Source of the DNA: an uncultured Dehalococcoidales bacterium
GTDB taxonomy: Bacteria; Chloroflexota; Dehalococcoidia; GIF9; AB-539-J10
DNA length: 60,027 nucleotides
Assembly (NCBI GenBank): GCA_964585315.1
Contig: CAZPDE010000001.1
Location: 1 to 60,027, forward strand
Direction of reading: 5' to 3'
Shown: one piece after another, positions 9,159 to 17,478 of the stretch
How the letters are laid out: each line of letters opens with the position of its first letter
How positions within the stretch are numbered: position 1 is the first letter of the stretch
Notes under the pieces: model-generated
What the model was told of the DNA's origin: nothing
The model's input: the letters and a program-made list of their open reading frames with translations, nothing else
Databases searched by the model: none
Position numbers and translations under genes: made by a program

Positions 9159-9713
9159 ATGCGCAGTTTAGGGCTGGATGTTGGGGATAGAAGAACTGGG
9201 GTGGCGATAAGTGACCCTCAAGGGCTTTTAGCTATTCCCTTAACCATTATTGACAACAAAGACGAAGATGCCACCATAGTCGATATTATTAACCTCGCTG
9301 AGCAATACCAGGTAGAGCGTATTGTAATTGGTTTACCTTATTCATTAGATGGTAACCTTGGGCGACAAGCCAATAAGGTAACAGCTTTTGCTGAGAAGCT
9401 CCAAAATGTCATTGCGGTGAGCCGAAGCCCTGAGCCCTCCGCTCCTTGTCATTCTGAGGGAGCGAAGCGACTGAAGAATCTTGCTCAGGATAAACCATGT
9501 AGTGAGCGAAACGAATCTATCAGCGAAGGGAAAACGAAGCAATCTAGTCTTGTCGGACTCGATATACAACTATGGGATGAGCGGCTGTCTACCAAAGCTG
9601 CTGATAAGCTAATGCTTGAAGCTGGGACCAAGAAAAACAAAAGGAAACAGCACCGTGATGCCATAGCTGCTGCCTTTATCCTTCAGGGATTCCTTGACAG
9701 CTTGCAAGATTAA
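9159..9713 (+). CDS. ruvX: Holliday-junction resolvase-like nuclease RuvX/YqgF carrying an in-frame repeat insert
   Basis: MRSLGLDVGDRRTGVAISD ... LWDERLSTKAA ... AAAFILQGFL. The track ORF starts at 9117 inside a repeat unit, so ATG 9159 is the more likely start. Confidence 0.85.
   Translation: MRSLGLDVGDRRTGVAISDPQGLLAIPLTIIDNKDEDATIVDIINLAEQYQVERIVIGLPYSLDGNLGRQANKVTAFAEKLQNVIAVSRSPEPSAPCHSEGAKRLKNLAQDKPCSERNESISEGKTKQSSLVGLDIQLWDERLSTKAADKLMLEAGTKKNKRKQHRDAIAAAFILQGFLDSLQD
9408..9547 (+). repeat. Family A copy A2, inside ruvX, in frame
   Basis: gtcattgcggtgagccgaagccctgagcc...cattctgagggagcgaagcgactgaagaatcttgctcaggataaaccatgtagtgagcgaa...gaagcaatct. It encodes VIAVSRSPEPSAPCHSEGAKRLKNLAQDKPCSERNESISEGKTKQS. 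Confidence 0.9.
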
Positions 9714-9719
9714 ACGAAG

Positions 9720-10592
9720 ATGCCCAAATTCATTAGTCTTATTGGTTATCCCCTGAAACATTCTATTTCCCCATACTTTCAGCAAGTAGCTCTGGACTAC
9801 TACCAATTTGATATTCGCTATGAAGCTTGGGAAATAAGCCCGGGGAAACTTGAGCCTGCAGTAAAGAAACTAAGAGAGCCTCAAAACCTCGGAGCTAATG
9901 TGACTGTTCCCTATAAAGAAGCAGTCTTGCCCTTATTAGACAAAGTTGATGGCATAGCAAATTTGATTGGAGCTGTTAATACTATAGTTAAAAGGGGTGA
10001 CAGACTTCTGGGTTTCAATACGGACGCCTATGGTTTTGTTGAGGCGCTATGTAAAGAGGGGCACTTTGAACCCAAAGATAAACAGGTGGTAATTCTTGGC
10101 GCTGGCGGAGCAGCCAGAGCTGTGAGCTTTGCTTTGGTGCAAAGGAAAATAAGCTCGCTCACCATCATTAACCGTACTTTTGAGCGAGCCAAGGCGCTAG
10201 CCGATAGCTTAAAGAGCTACATATCTGACACTAGCTTAGAGACTAAAGTTGATGCTATGCCTTGGCAAAACTTAAGCTCTCCCAAAACTTTCGACCATTG
10301 CCAGCTAATAGTCAATTGCACCACTATAGGAACGAAATACAGTTCCCAAGAAAGACAATCGCCTTTGAGTATCGAGGTGATTCCAAAAGGCATTTTGGTT
10401 TATGACTTAGTGTATAACCCCTGGCCAACACCTTTGTTACAGCTAGCGCAGGAAGCGGGAGCTAATATACTTGGCGGCTTAGCTATGTTAGCATATCAAG
10501 GAGCAGCCTCCTTTGAGTTATGGACAGGAAGGGAAGCCCCATTTGACATAATGTTCAATAACGCTAAAGAAGCGGTCCAAGAAAGCGATTAG
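9720..10592 (+). CDS. aroE: Shikimate dehydrogenase
   Basis: 290 aa with IGYPLKHSISPYFQ, NVTVPYKEAV, GAVNTIV and ILGAGGAARAV. Confidence 0.9.
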   Translation: MPKFISLIGYPLKHSISPYFQQVALDYYQFDIRYEAWEISPGKLEPAVKKLREPQNLGANVTVPYKEAVLPLLDKVDGIANLIGAVNTIVKRGDRLLGFNTDAYGFVEALCKEGHFEPKDKQVVILGAGGAARAVSFALVQRKISSLTIINRTFERAKALADSLKSYISDTSLETKVDAMPWQNLSSPKTFDHCQLIVNCTTIGTKYSSQERQSPLSIEVIPKGILVYDLVYNPWPTPLLQLAQEAGANILGGLAMLAYQGAASFELWTGREAPFDIMFNNAKEAVQESD

Positions 10593-10645
10593 CTTAATAC
10601 GAAAGCCCAAGTAGAATTGGTCATCATGAAAAAGGAGGCAAAATA

Positions 10646-11644
10646 GTGAACAATCCCTATCTTATTGATTGGCCAATTACTAATAGATGTAATCTTAGTT
10701 GCCTCCATTGTAGAGGGATGGCGCCTCAGGAACTTGATGGCGACAAGGTGTTACAGGTTGCAGAGGAGATACTTTTACTCAAGCCGAGATGGGTCATTAT
10801 CGAGGGAGGGGAACCGCTTTTACGCCAAGAGCTATTTGAAATCGTTGAAATCATTCATCGGGGTGGAATCAAGATTTATCTTATCAGCAATGGCATGTTT
10901 CTCGATGAGAATATAGCCAGGAGATTAGCTGAATTTGAAGTAAATCTCATGATAAGCATAGATGGAGCTGATAGAGAGAGCTACGAGGAAATAAGGAGAG
11001 GGGCAAGTTTTCAAAAGTTAAAAGAGTCGGTGGCAATTGCCAGCGAATATAAAATCCTCGATTCCTGTCCTGTGACTATAGGGAAACATAACTATGAACA
11101 AATCGGCAAAATATTTAAATTTGCCCATGAAATAGGATACAAAAAAATTACATTTTTGGGATTGAAGCCCTGTAAGGATTATGAAAGATATGCTTTGAGC
11201 GGAGAAGAATATGAGAATAGCTTCTTTTCTGTTGTTAAATATCAAAAGGAATACATGATGGATGTATATTTTGACGAGCCTTTTTTTAAACCATTTCTAA
11301 GGGAGCACGATATTGATTATTCCGCAGGCTCGGAAAATGGCATTATAGTTCCCGATACTTCCTCCTGCATCTTTGGTAGTTATATGTTTATTGAGACAAA
11401 CGGCGATGTAAAGCCCTGCACATTTGCGCCTGTAGTAATGGGCAATGTAAATGAAAAAAAACTGACCAAAATATGGGATGATATGCAAAATTCGGAACTA
11501 ATTAAAAAGATAAAGGATTTCGCTACAAGAGAAGGCAAGTGCCGAAAGTGTAAATATTTGTATGATTGTGGAGGCTGCCGGTCAAGGACATTTGCTTTAA
11601 CCGGAAGTTGGCTGGCATCGGACCCTTCTTGTCCATTGAGGTGA
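10646..11644 (+). CDS. Radical SAM protein with C-terminal SPASM domain
   Basis: CNLSCLHC (CX3CX2C) at residues ~15-22. The C-terminal 7-Cys pattern is C-X11-G-X4-C ... CRKCKYLYDCGGC ... DPSCP. GTG start is preceded by aaggagg. Confidence 0.85.
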   Translation: MNNPYLIDWPITNRCNLSCLHCRGMAPQELDGDKVLQVAEEILLLKPRWVIIEGGEPLLRQELFEIVEIIHRGGIKIYLISNGMFLDENIARRLAEFEVNLMISIDGADRESYEEIRRGASFQKLKESVAIASEYKILDSCPVTIGKHNYEQIGKIFKFAHEIGYKKITFLGLKPCKDYERYALSGEEYENSFFSVVKYQKEYMMDVYFDEPFFKPFLREHDIDYSAGSENGIIVPDTSSCIFGSYMFIETNGDVKPCTFAPVVMGNVNEKKLTKIWDDMQNSELIKKIKDFATREGKCRKCKYLYDCGGCRSRTFALTGSWLASDPSCPLR

Positions 11645-11646
11645 AA

Positions 11647-12654
11647 ATGAGAGTCGTAGGAATAGACCCCGGAACATATAGCTTCGACCTTTTCGGAATG
11701 GAAGATAATAGGGAAATTATAGTAGATGAATCTGTAAAGTCGGAGGACCTCTTCAACAATCCTTATATACTTATGCAAAAGCTTGAGAATTTAATGCCGC
11801 TAGACAGCATCAGCGGTCCCTCAGGGTGGGGAATACCGCTGAAAAGCATAAAGGATATGACAGAAAGCGATGTTGGGAAAATGATTCCTTTGGATACAAA
11901 GGTAGCAGTAAATGAGGGAATAAAGAATGTGCTTTTAGAGATGAAGGAAAGAGAAATGCCTGTTTATTTCACACCCGGTGTCGTTCATCTTAAAACCGTG
12001 CCCTCTTATAGGAAGTGGAATAAATTCGATATGGGAACAGCAGATAAAGTATGCTGTGTAGCATTAGGGATAAAGAATCAATCTGAGAGGTTAAGCATTT
12101 CCTTTGAAGAGACCTCCTTTATTTATGTAGAATTAGGTTATGGCTTTACCGCAGTACTCGGGGTTGAATCGGGGAGAATAGTCGATGGGATAGGGGGCAC
12201 AAATGGCGCATTGGGTTTTATCGCCTTAGGGGGCATGGATGCTGAAATTGCCATTAGATTAAAACCGCCGTTGACGCAGGATATCATTTTTAGGGGTGGC
12301 TTAAGGGATTTTGTTGGCAAAGACATTGAGCCGGAAGATCTAAAGGACTATAAAGAGGCGATGACTCTTTTAGGTGAAAGCGTGGAAAAAGATGTAGCTT
12401 CAATGTTTGTTTCTGTGCCTTACCCTAAAGAGATAATCCTATCCGGTAGGTTAATACAATATGAATTTATACAGAGGGAGCTTGCGGATAGACTTAAAAA
12501 GTATGGGAGGGTTATAAAGGTTGGGAGGCTATCGAGGACTGCTAAGGAAGCTGCTTGTGGCGCCTATATTATTGGAGAGGGATTGCTTGGCGGAAAATAC
12601 CATAAGCTTGTAGAAAATATGAAGATTAGCGATGGCGCCGAATATTCAAATTAA
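11647..12654 (+). CDS. ASKHA-fold ATPase-like protein, DUF1464-like
   Basis: MRVVGIDPGTYSFDLF (phosphate-1-like), DMGTADKV, GGTNGALGF. ATG at 11647 lies 2 nt after the rSAM stop. The track start 11566 overlaps the rSAM gene and is unlikely. Confidence 0.6.
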   Translation: MRVVGIDPGTYSFDLFGMEDNREIIVDESVKSEDLFNNPYILMQKLENLMPLDSISGPSGWGIPLKSIKDMTESDVGKMIPLDTKVAVNEGIKNVLLEMKEREMPVYFTPGVVHLKTVPSYRKWNKFDMGTADKVCCVALGIKNQSERLSISFEETSFIYVELGYGFTAVLGVESGRIVDGIGGTNGALGFIALGGMDAEIAIRLKPPLTQDIIFRGGLRDFVGKDIEPEDLKDYKEAMTLLGESVEKDVASMFVSVPYPKEIILSGRLIQYEFIQRELADRLKKYGRVIKVGRLSRTAKEAACGAYIIGEGLLGGKYHKLVENMKISDGAEYSN

Positions 12655-12726
12655 GGAGTTCGATGGAGATTTCAGTTGGCATAATGCTCAAAAGAGGGCA
12701 AGGAAGATACTAATAGGAGGAGAAAC

Positions 12727-13640
12727 ATGAAAAGGGGAAAAATAATAATTATTGGCTTGGCTATGTTACTGCTAGTTGTGATGTTGATTCCTACTAGCTG
12801 TATTCCAGCAGGGGATAAAATCGCCGTGATTTCTCTCAGCGGGACTATTACAGCTCAAAGCTCTTTCTTCGGCTCTGCCATTACACCGGAACTGGTAAAG
12901 GAGCAACTAGATAGAGCAGAGAAAGATGGGGCGGTAAAGGCGATCGTTCTCCGCATAGAGAGCCCTGGAGGGGTGGTGGCGCCTTGCCAGGAAATTTTAG
13001 AGGAAATAGAGAAAAGGTTAAGCAGACAAAACCCATTGTGGTCAGTATGGGGAGTATGGCTGCCTCTGGAGGCTATTATATTTCTTGTGAGGCGGATAAA
13101 ATCGTAGCTCTTCCCGGCACACTGACGGGAAGTATTGGGGTTATCTCTCAAATACCGAATGTTGAGGGGCTCTATGAGAAACTGGGGATTAAGATACAAA
13201 CCTTCAAAGGTGGCAAATATAAGGATATGTATTCTGGAATGAGAGAGCTAACATCTGAAGAGAAAGAAATCATGCAGCAGTTGACTGACGAATATTATGA
13301 GCAGTTCGTTGGAGTAGTGGCTGAGGGTAGGGGACTAAGCAAAGAGCAAGTTAGAAGTTTAGCTACAGGACAGCTTTATTCCGGTGCTGAAGCTAAAGAG
13401 CTAGGACTGGTTGATGAACTAGGCGGGCTGGATACAGCTATAGATTTGGCCGCCGAGCTAGCTGGCGTTGAGGCTCCAAAAGTGGAGTACTACCAACAAC
13501 CTCAACCGTCCTTAATGTCGCTATTGGGATTGGCTGATGCTATCCAGATGAGATTATTAGGATTGAGTGGAGAGGATATAGTATTATTGCAAACCTTAAA
13601 TCATACTTATCCCACACCTCAATATCTATATCAAAGCTAA
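12727..13640 (+). pseudogene. sppA: Signal peptide peptidase SppA (36K type), reading frame split by a 1-nt shift at an A-run
   Basis: Track ORFs 12727..13107 and 12984..13640 together read ...VLRIESPGGVVAPCQEILEEIEK / VKQTKPIVVSMGSMAASGGYYISCEADKIVALPGTLTGSIGV. The frames switch at gagaaaagg (A-run 13012-13015). Confidence 0.8.
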
Positions 13641-15154
13641 TGGGGCAGTTTCGCTTTTTCACCGCTGGAGAATCCCACGGAAAGGGATTGGTAGCCATAG
13701 TCGAGGGAATGGTAGCCGACCTCCCTTTGGAAGCGGAATATATCGATAAAGAACTCAAACGCCGCCAGCAAGGCTATGGACGTGGTCTTCGCATGAAGAT
13801 AGAACAAGACGAAGTTCAAATCATCTCCGGGATTCGCTATGGATTTACTATAGGCAGCCCTATTGCTCTCTATATCCCCAATCGAGATTGGCAAAACTGG
13901 CAGGAGAAGCTAAGCGTTGCACCATTAGAGAAGGAAGCCGAGCCTGTGACCTACCCTCGCCCGGGACACGCCGACCTGGCGGGAGTAACCAAATATGGGC
14001 TTAAAGATATCAGACCCATAATAGAAAGAGCCAGCGCCCGGGAGACAGCCGCCAGGGTAGCTGCCGGAGCTGTAGCTAAAAGGTTTCTGGAAGAACTTGG
14101 CATTGCCATTCACAGCCACACTACAGCAATTGGACATGTTAGCTGCGAGCCCTTCCCTTCTTCTGTCATTGCGGTGAGCCGAAGCCCTGAGCCAAAGTTG
14201 CGAGCCGAAGGCGTGGCAATCAGCGAAGGGGAAGCGAAGCAATCTCATCTCGCTCAGGATAAACCATGTAGTGAGCGAAGCGAATCTATCCGCGAAGCAA
14301 CCTCTATAACCTGGCAGCAAGTTGAAGCCTCCCCGGTCCGCTGCGCTGATGCTAAGCTAGAAAAGGAGATGATAGCAGCCATTGATGAAGCTAAAGCCAA
14401 TGGAGATACCTTGGGTGGCATTTTCGAGGTAATCGCCAGTGGAGTGCCTATAGGCTTGGGCAGCCATGTTAGTTGGGAGCGTCGCCTCGATGGCAGAATT
14501 GCCCAGGCTATAATGAGCATCAATGCCGTGAAGGGGGTGGAGATTGGCTCAGGTTTTGCCTTGGCTGAACTTAAAGGCTCACAAGCTCATGATGTTATTG
14601 AACCCAATCCTCCCGCTGTCATTGCGGTGAGCCAAAGCACTGAACCCTTCGCTCCTTGTCATTCTGAGCGTGTGAGCCGAAGCCCTGAACAGAGTGAAGG
14701 GGAAGAATCTCATGGCGCTCAGGACAGGCTCCGTGAAGGGGAAGAATCTCGTCTCGCTCAGGGTAAACCATGTAGTGAGCGAAGTGAATCTATCCGCGAA
14801 GAGGAAGCGACGAAGCAACCTCCTCTCCCCTGGCGCCACGCCACTAATCGCGCTGGTGGCATTGAAGGTGGTATTAGCAATGGGGATGACATAGTAGTCA
14901 AGGCTGCGGTTAAGCCTATTGCTACTTTAGCCAATCCTTTACCTTCTATAGACCTTCGCAGTGGCGAAGCAGTTAAGGCTCATTACGAGCGCAGCGATAT
15001 TTGCGTTGTCCCCGCTGCTGGAGTGATTGCCGAAGCTATGCTAGCCATCATTTTAGCTGACGCCTGCCTGGAGAAATTCGGCGGAGATAACCTAAAAGAA
15101 ACCCTGGCAAACTACCATAATTACCTGAATAACACATCCCGCTTGTGCCTCTAA
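13640..15154 (+). CDS. aroC: Chorismate synthase with two in-frame repeat inserts
   Basis: FTAGESHGKGLVAIVEGMVA, RPGHADLAG, NRAGGIEGGISNGDDIV and ERSDICVVPAAGVIAEAM. It is 504 aa against roughly 360-400 aa for typical AroC. Confidence 0.95.
   Translation: MGQFRFFTAGESHGKGLVAIVEGMVADLPLEAEYIDKELKRRQQGYGRGLRMKIEQDEVQIISGIRYGFTIGSPIALYIPNRDWQNWQEKLSVAPLEKEAEPVTYPRPGHADLAGVTKYGLKDIRPIIERASARETAARVAAGAVAKRFLEELGIAIHSHTTAIGHVSCEPFPSSVIAVSRSPEPKLRAEGVAISEGEAKQSHLAQDKPCSERSESIREATSITWQQVEASPVRCADAKLEKEMIAAIDEAKANGDTLGGIFEVIASGVPIGLGSHVSWERRLDGRIAQAIMSINAVKGVEIGSGFALAELKGSQAHDVIEPNPPAVIAVSQSTEPFAPCHSERVSRSPEQSEGEESHGAQDRLREGEESRLAQGKPCSERSESIREEEATKQPPLPWRHATNRAGGIEGGISNGDDIVVKAAVKPIATLANPLPSIDLRSGEAVKAHYERSDICVVPAAGVIAEAMLAIILADACLEKFGGDNLKETLANYHNYLNNTSRLCL
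14165..14304 (+). repeat. Family A copy A3, inside aroC, in frame
   Basis: It encodes VIAVSRSPEPKLRAEGVAISEGEAKQSHLAQDKPCSERSESIREA. Confidence 0.9.
14618..14822 (+). repeat. Family A copy A4, inside aroC, in frame
   Basis: It encodes VIAVSQSTEPFAPCHSERVSRSPEQSEGEESHGAQDRLREGEESRLAQGKPCSERSESIREEEATKQ. Confidence 0.9.
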
Positions 15155-15450
15155 GCTAGCGAGTATTTAAAGCTTAAACTCAAAGACTGTATGCTCGCCA
15201 TTTCGCTTGTGGCGAATGGAGAATGATCTCGGGTATTTTTGAACGCAATTCTTTCTCTAGCCTCTTTGCTGAAGGCGTTGCTTGAAGAATAAGATTGAAG
15301 CTACCTTCTGAAATTTCGGTATAAAAGCTGCTGTGAGGATTTCCTTCAGAATGCACCTCTGCCATAATCCTCAAGCAAGGTCTTACTGAACTTTTTTCTA
15401 TGACTTGGGAGCTGGCTATTATAGTTTGGTCTGTAATATAAGAAAGAGAG

Positions 15451-15527
15451 ACTGTTGCGTAAAGGGATTTCCTAAAGCTGACAGCCGTGCTACCTTAGCT
15501 TTGGCAGGTGGGTTTGTGCAACAAGCT
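15451..15527 (+). repeat. Family F structured ~75-nt element, copy 1 (possible ncRNA or palindromic MITE)
   Basis: actgttgcgtaaagggatttcctaaagctgacagccgtgctaccttagctttggcaggtgggtttgtgcaacaagctc. The outer 10-bp stem is gttgcgtaaa/tttgtgcaac and the inner 10-bp stem is ctaaagctga/ttagctttgg. Confidence 0.75.
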
Positions 15528-15647
15528 CAAGAGTCTTGACAAGAGAACAGAGCCAAAAGGTGTTGGTGTCGGTATAGAATGCTTAATGACGGAGGTGCCT
15601 ACGCCAGGAGCTTTTACAGGAGAATTAGGACATTACCAGACTGATGC

Positions 15648-15672
15648 TTGACTAGGGAACTTATGTTACAAT
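15648..15672 (+). promoter_or_regulatory. Candidate promoter (TTGACT, then extended -10 TGtTACAAT) upstream of the acyl-CoA synthetase
   Basis: ttgact at 15648-15653 and tgttacaat at 15664-15672. The 13-nt spacing to the -35-like box is short, so only the extended -10 is convincing. Confidence 0.3.
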
Positions 15673-15722
15673 ATTTTAGATAAAAACAAGGGAATCCCAA
15701 TTTATATTCGGAGGATAAAGAG

Positions 15723-17366
15723 ATGGCAATCGAAACTAATTTAACAGATGAAAGAATCGATAAACATATAACCGAAAGAAGCTGGCTAAACCTGACATGC
15801 AATGATTGGTTCGAACGGAATGTAAGGGCATGGCCAAACAAGTTAGCTGTAATTGATTACAGATCCCGAGTAACTAACGCCGAGTTAGATATAATGGTTA
15901 GAAGGATTGCTCTTAGTCTTCTTGAGTTCGGCATTAGGAAGGAAGATATAGTAGGCATCATGTTGCCCAATAGGATTGAGTATGTTGCTTCGTTACTTGC
16001 AATCCAGAAGATTAGCGCTGTCCCAATGCCCCTCAATTATGACTTTCGAGTCAGTGACTTGCATGCGCTTCTTTCATTTACTCAGCCCGTAGCCCTCATC
16101 ACTACTTCAGACTATAAGGGCCGTGACCTATCTAGAGTGGTTGAAGAGGCTCGTCAAGGAATTCCCAGTTTGGAATACGTCATACTCGATGGAGAGAATA
16201 TTCCCGAAGGAATGATCTCTTTCAAAGAACTAACACAAAAACCTATAGAAGGTAAATACCGAAGGAGCTATCTCGACTTATTTAAGTCTGGCCCCAACGA
16301 TATCTGTCTCATGTTGCTCACATCGGGAACTACTGGTATTCCCAAGGGCGCTCTCCATGTTCATAATGCTTTTGCCTCTGGCAGTTATGCTGCAACATGC
16401 TCTTGGGCAATCAGACCTGACGATGTTTATTTCTCCATGGTTCCATGGTTCGGCGGTTCTGGAAATTACGACATAGGTCAGGCATTAACTCAAGGAAACA
16501 CCCTAGTGGGGATCGACGGCTTTAGCGCTGAACATGCCCTAAAGATTATCGAAGGGGAGAGGCCAACCTATGCTTGGGCCGTTGCCACCCAATACATCGA
16601 TATACTTAATGACCCCGATTTTAAAGATTATGATGTCAGTTCATTGAGATTACTTGTCAGTGGCGGGGCTCCCCTTCACTCCGAAGTAGCAAAAAGGCTG
16701 GAAGAATCTTTTAATGCCAGAATCCTGCAGGGCTGGGGTACATCGGAAACCATGGGAACCACATCGACTCTTTACACTGATCCTCCAGAGGTGATCTGGG
16801 GCACAGTTGGTCGCCCCTTGCCCAATCAAGAGCTAAAGATTGTTGACCCCAAGGGTGAAGAGATACCTCCAAATGAGCCGGGGGAGATTATCACCAGGGG
16901 GCCTCTTAATTTTGTTGGCTATTTCAAGAATGCCGAGCTTAATAGAAAATGCATAGACTCTGAAGGCTGGTTCCATACCGGTGATGAAGGAATAGTCGAT
17001 GAAGAGGGAAATCTCAAGATTGTCGGCCGGATAACCGACATGATCCTCCGAGGAGGGGAAAATATCTACCCCCAGGAGATCGAGGGAATCTTGTGCAAGC
17101 ATCCCAAGGTAAAGGATGTAGCTGTTGTAGGCATGCCAGATGACAGGTTAGGTGAGAAAGTTTGCGTTTATATTGTCCCCAAATCCGGCGAAACGGTGAC
17201 TTTCGATGAGATGGTATCTTTCTTAAAAGACAAGGTGACGACTCACAAGATCCCGGAGAGACTGGAAATAATAGAGCGTTTCCCCATGACCGATGCTGGG
17301 AAGATATTAAAGACTAAACTACGAGAGGATATCGCTAATAAACTTAACGCTAAGAGAAAGGGATAA
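15723..17366 (+). CDS. AMP-dependent acyl-CoA synthetase/ligase
   Basis: 547 aa with AMP-binding motif LLTSGTTGIPKG, then GWGTSET, GDEGIVDEEGNLKIVGR and a C-terminal GKILK. Confidence 0.88.
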   Translation: MAIETNLTDERIDKHITERSWLNLTCNDWFERNVRAWPNKLAVIDYRSRVTNAELDIMVRRIALSLLEFGIRKEDIVGIMLPNRIEYVASLLAIQKISAVPMPLNYDFRVSDLHALLSFTQPVALITTSDYKGRDLSRVVEEARQGIPSLEYVILDGENIPEGMISFKELTQKPIEGKYRRSYLDLFKSGPNDICLMLLTSGTTGIPKGALHVHNAFASGSYAATCSWAIRPDDVYFSMVPWFGGSGNYDIGQALTQGNTLVGIDGFSAEHALKIIEGERPTYAWAVATQYIDILNDPDFKDYDVSSLRLLVSGGAPLHSEVAKRLEESFNARILQGWGTSETMGTTSTLYTDPPEVIWGTVGRPLPNQELKIVDPKGEEIPPNEPGEIITRGPLNFVGYFKNAELNRKCIDSEGWFHTGDEGIVDEEGNLKIVGRITDMILRGGENIYPQEIEGILCKHPKVKDVAVVGMPDDRLGEKVCVYIVPKSGETVTFDEMVSFLKDKVTTHKIPERLEIIERFPMTDAGKILKTKLREDIANKLNAKRKG

Positions 17367-17478
17367 AAATACCATTATTGTTACCATTATCCCAAAGATC
17401 AAAAATCTCCTGCAGTCTTGGGTTTAGAATTTGGGTGGAAAAGCACATCAAGATTGTGGAAATCCTCAAGCACAGCTC

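Noticed and set aside
14165-14822. Considered whether the in-frame inserts in housekeeping genes are inteins.
   Set aside because: At 25-70 aa they are far too short. They lack the N-terminal Cys/Ser and C-terminal His-Asn plus Cys/Ser/Thr splice junctions and any endonuclease or HINT blocks. The same nucleotide sequence also occurs in intergenic DNA.
13925-14839. Considered whether track ORFs lying inside or antisense to family-A repeats are real genes. These are 13925..14320, 14579..14839, 9345..9569, 25505..25720, 27123..27455, 27149..27385 and 39506..39763.
   Set aside because: Their sequences are just the one open antisense or sense frame of the repeat modules (for example FADRFASLTTWFILS..., RMTRSEGL...). 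They overlap well-supported housekeeping ORFs or sit in short spacers.
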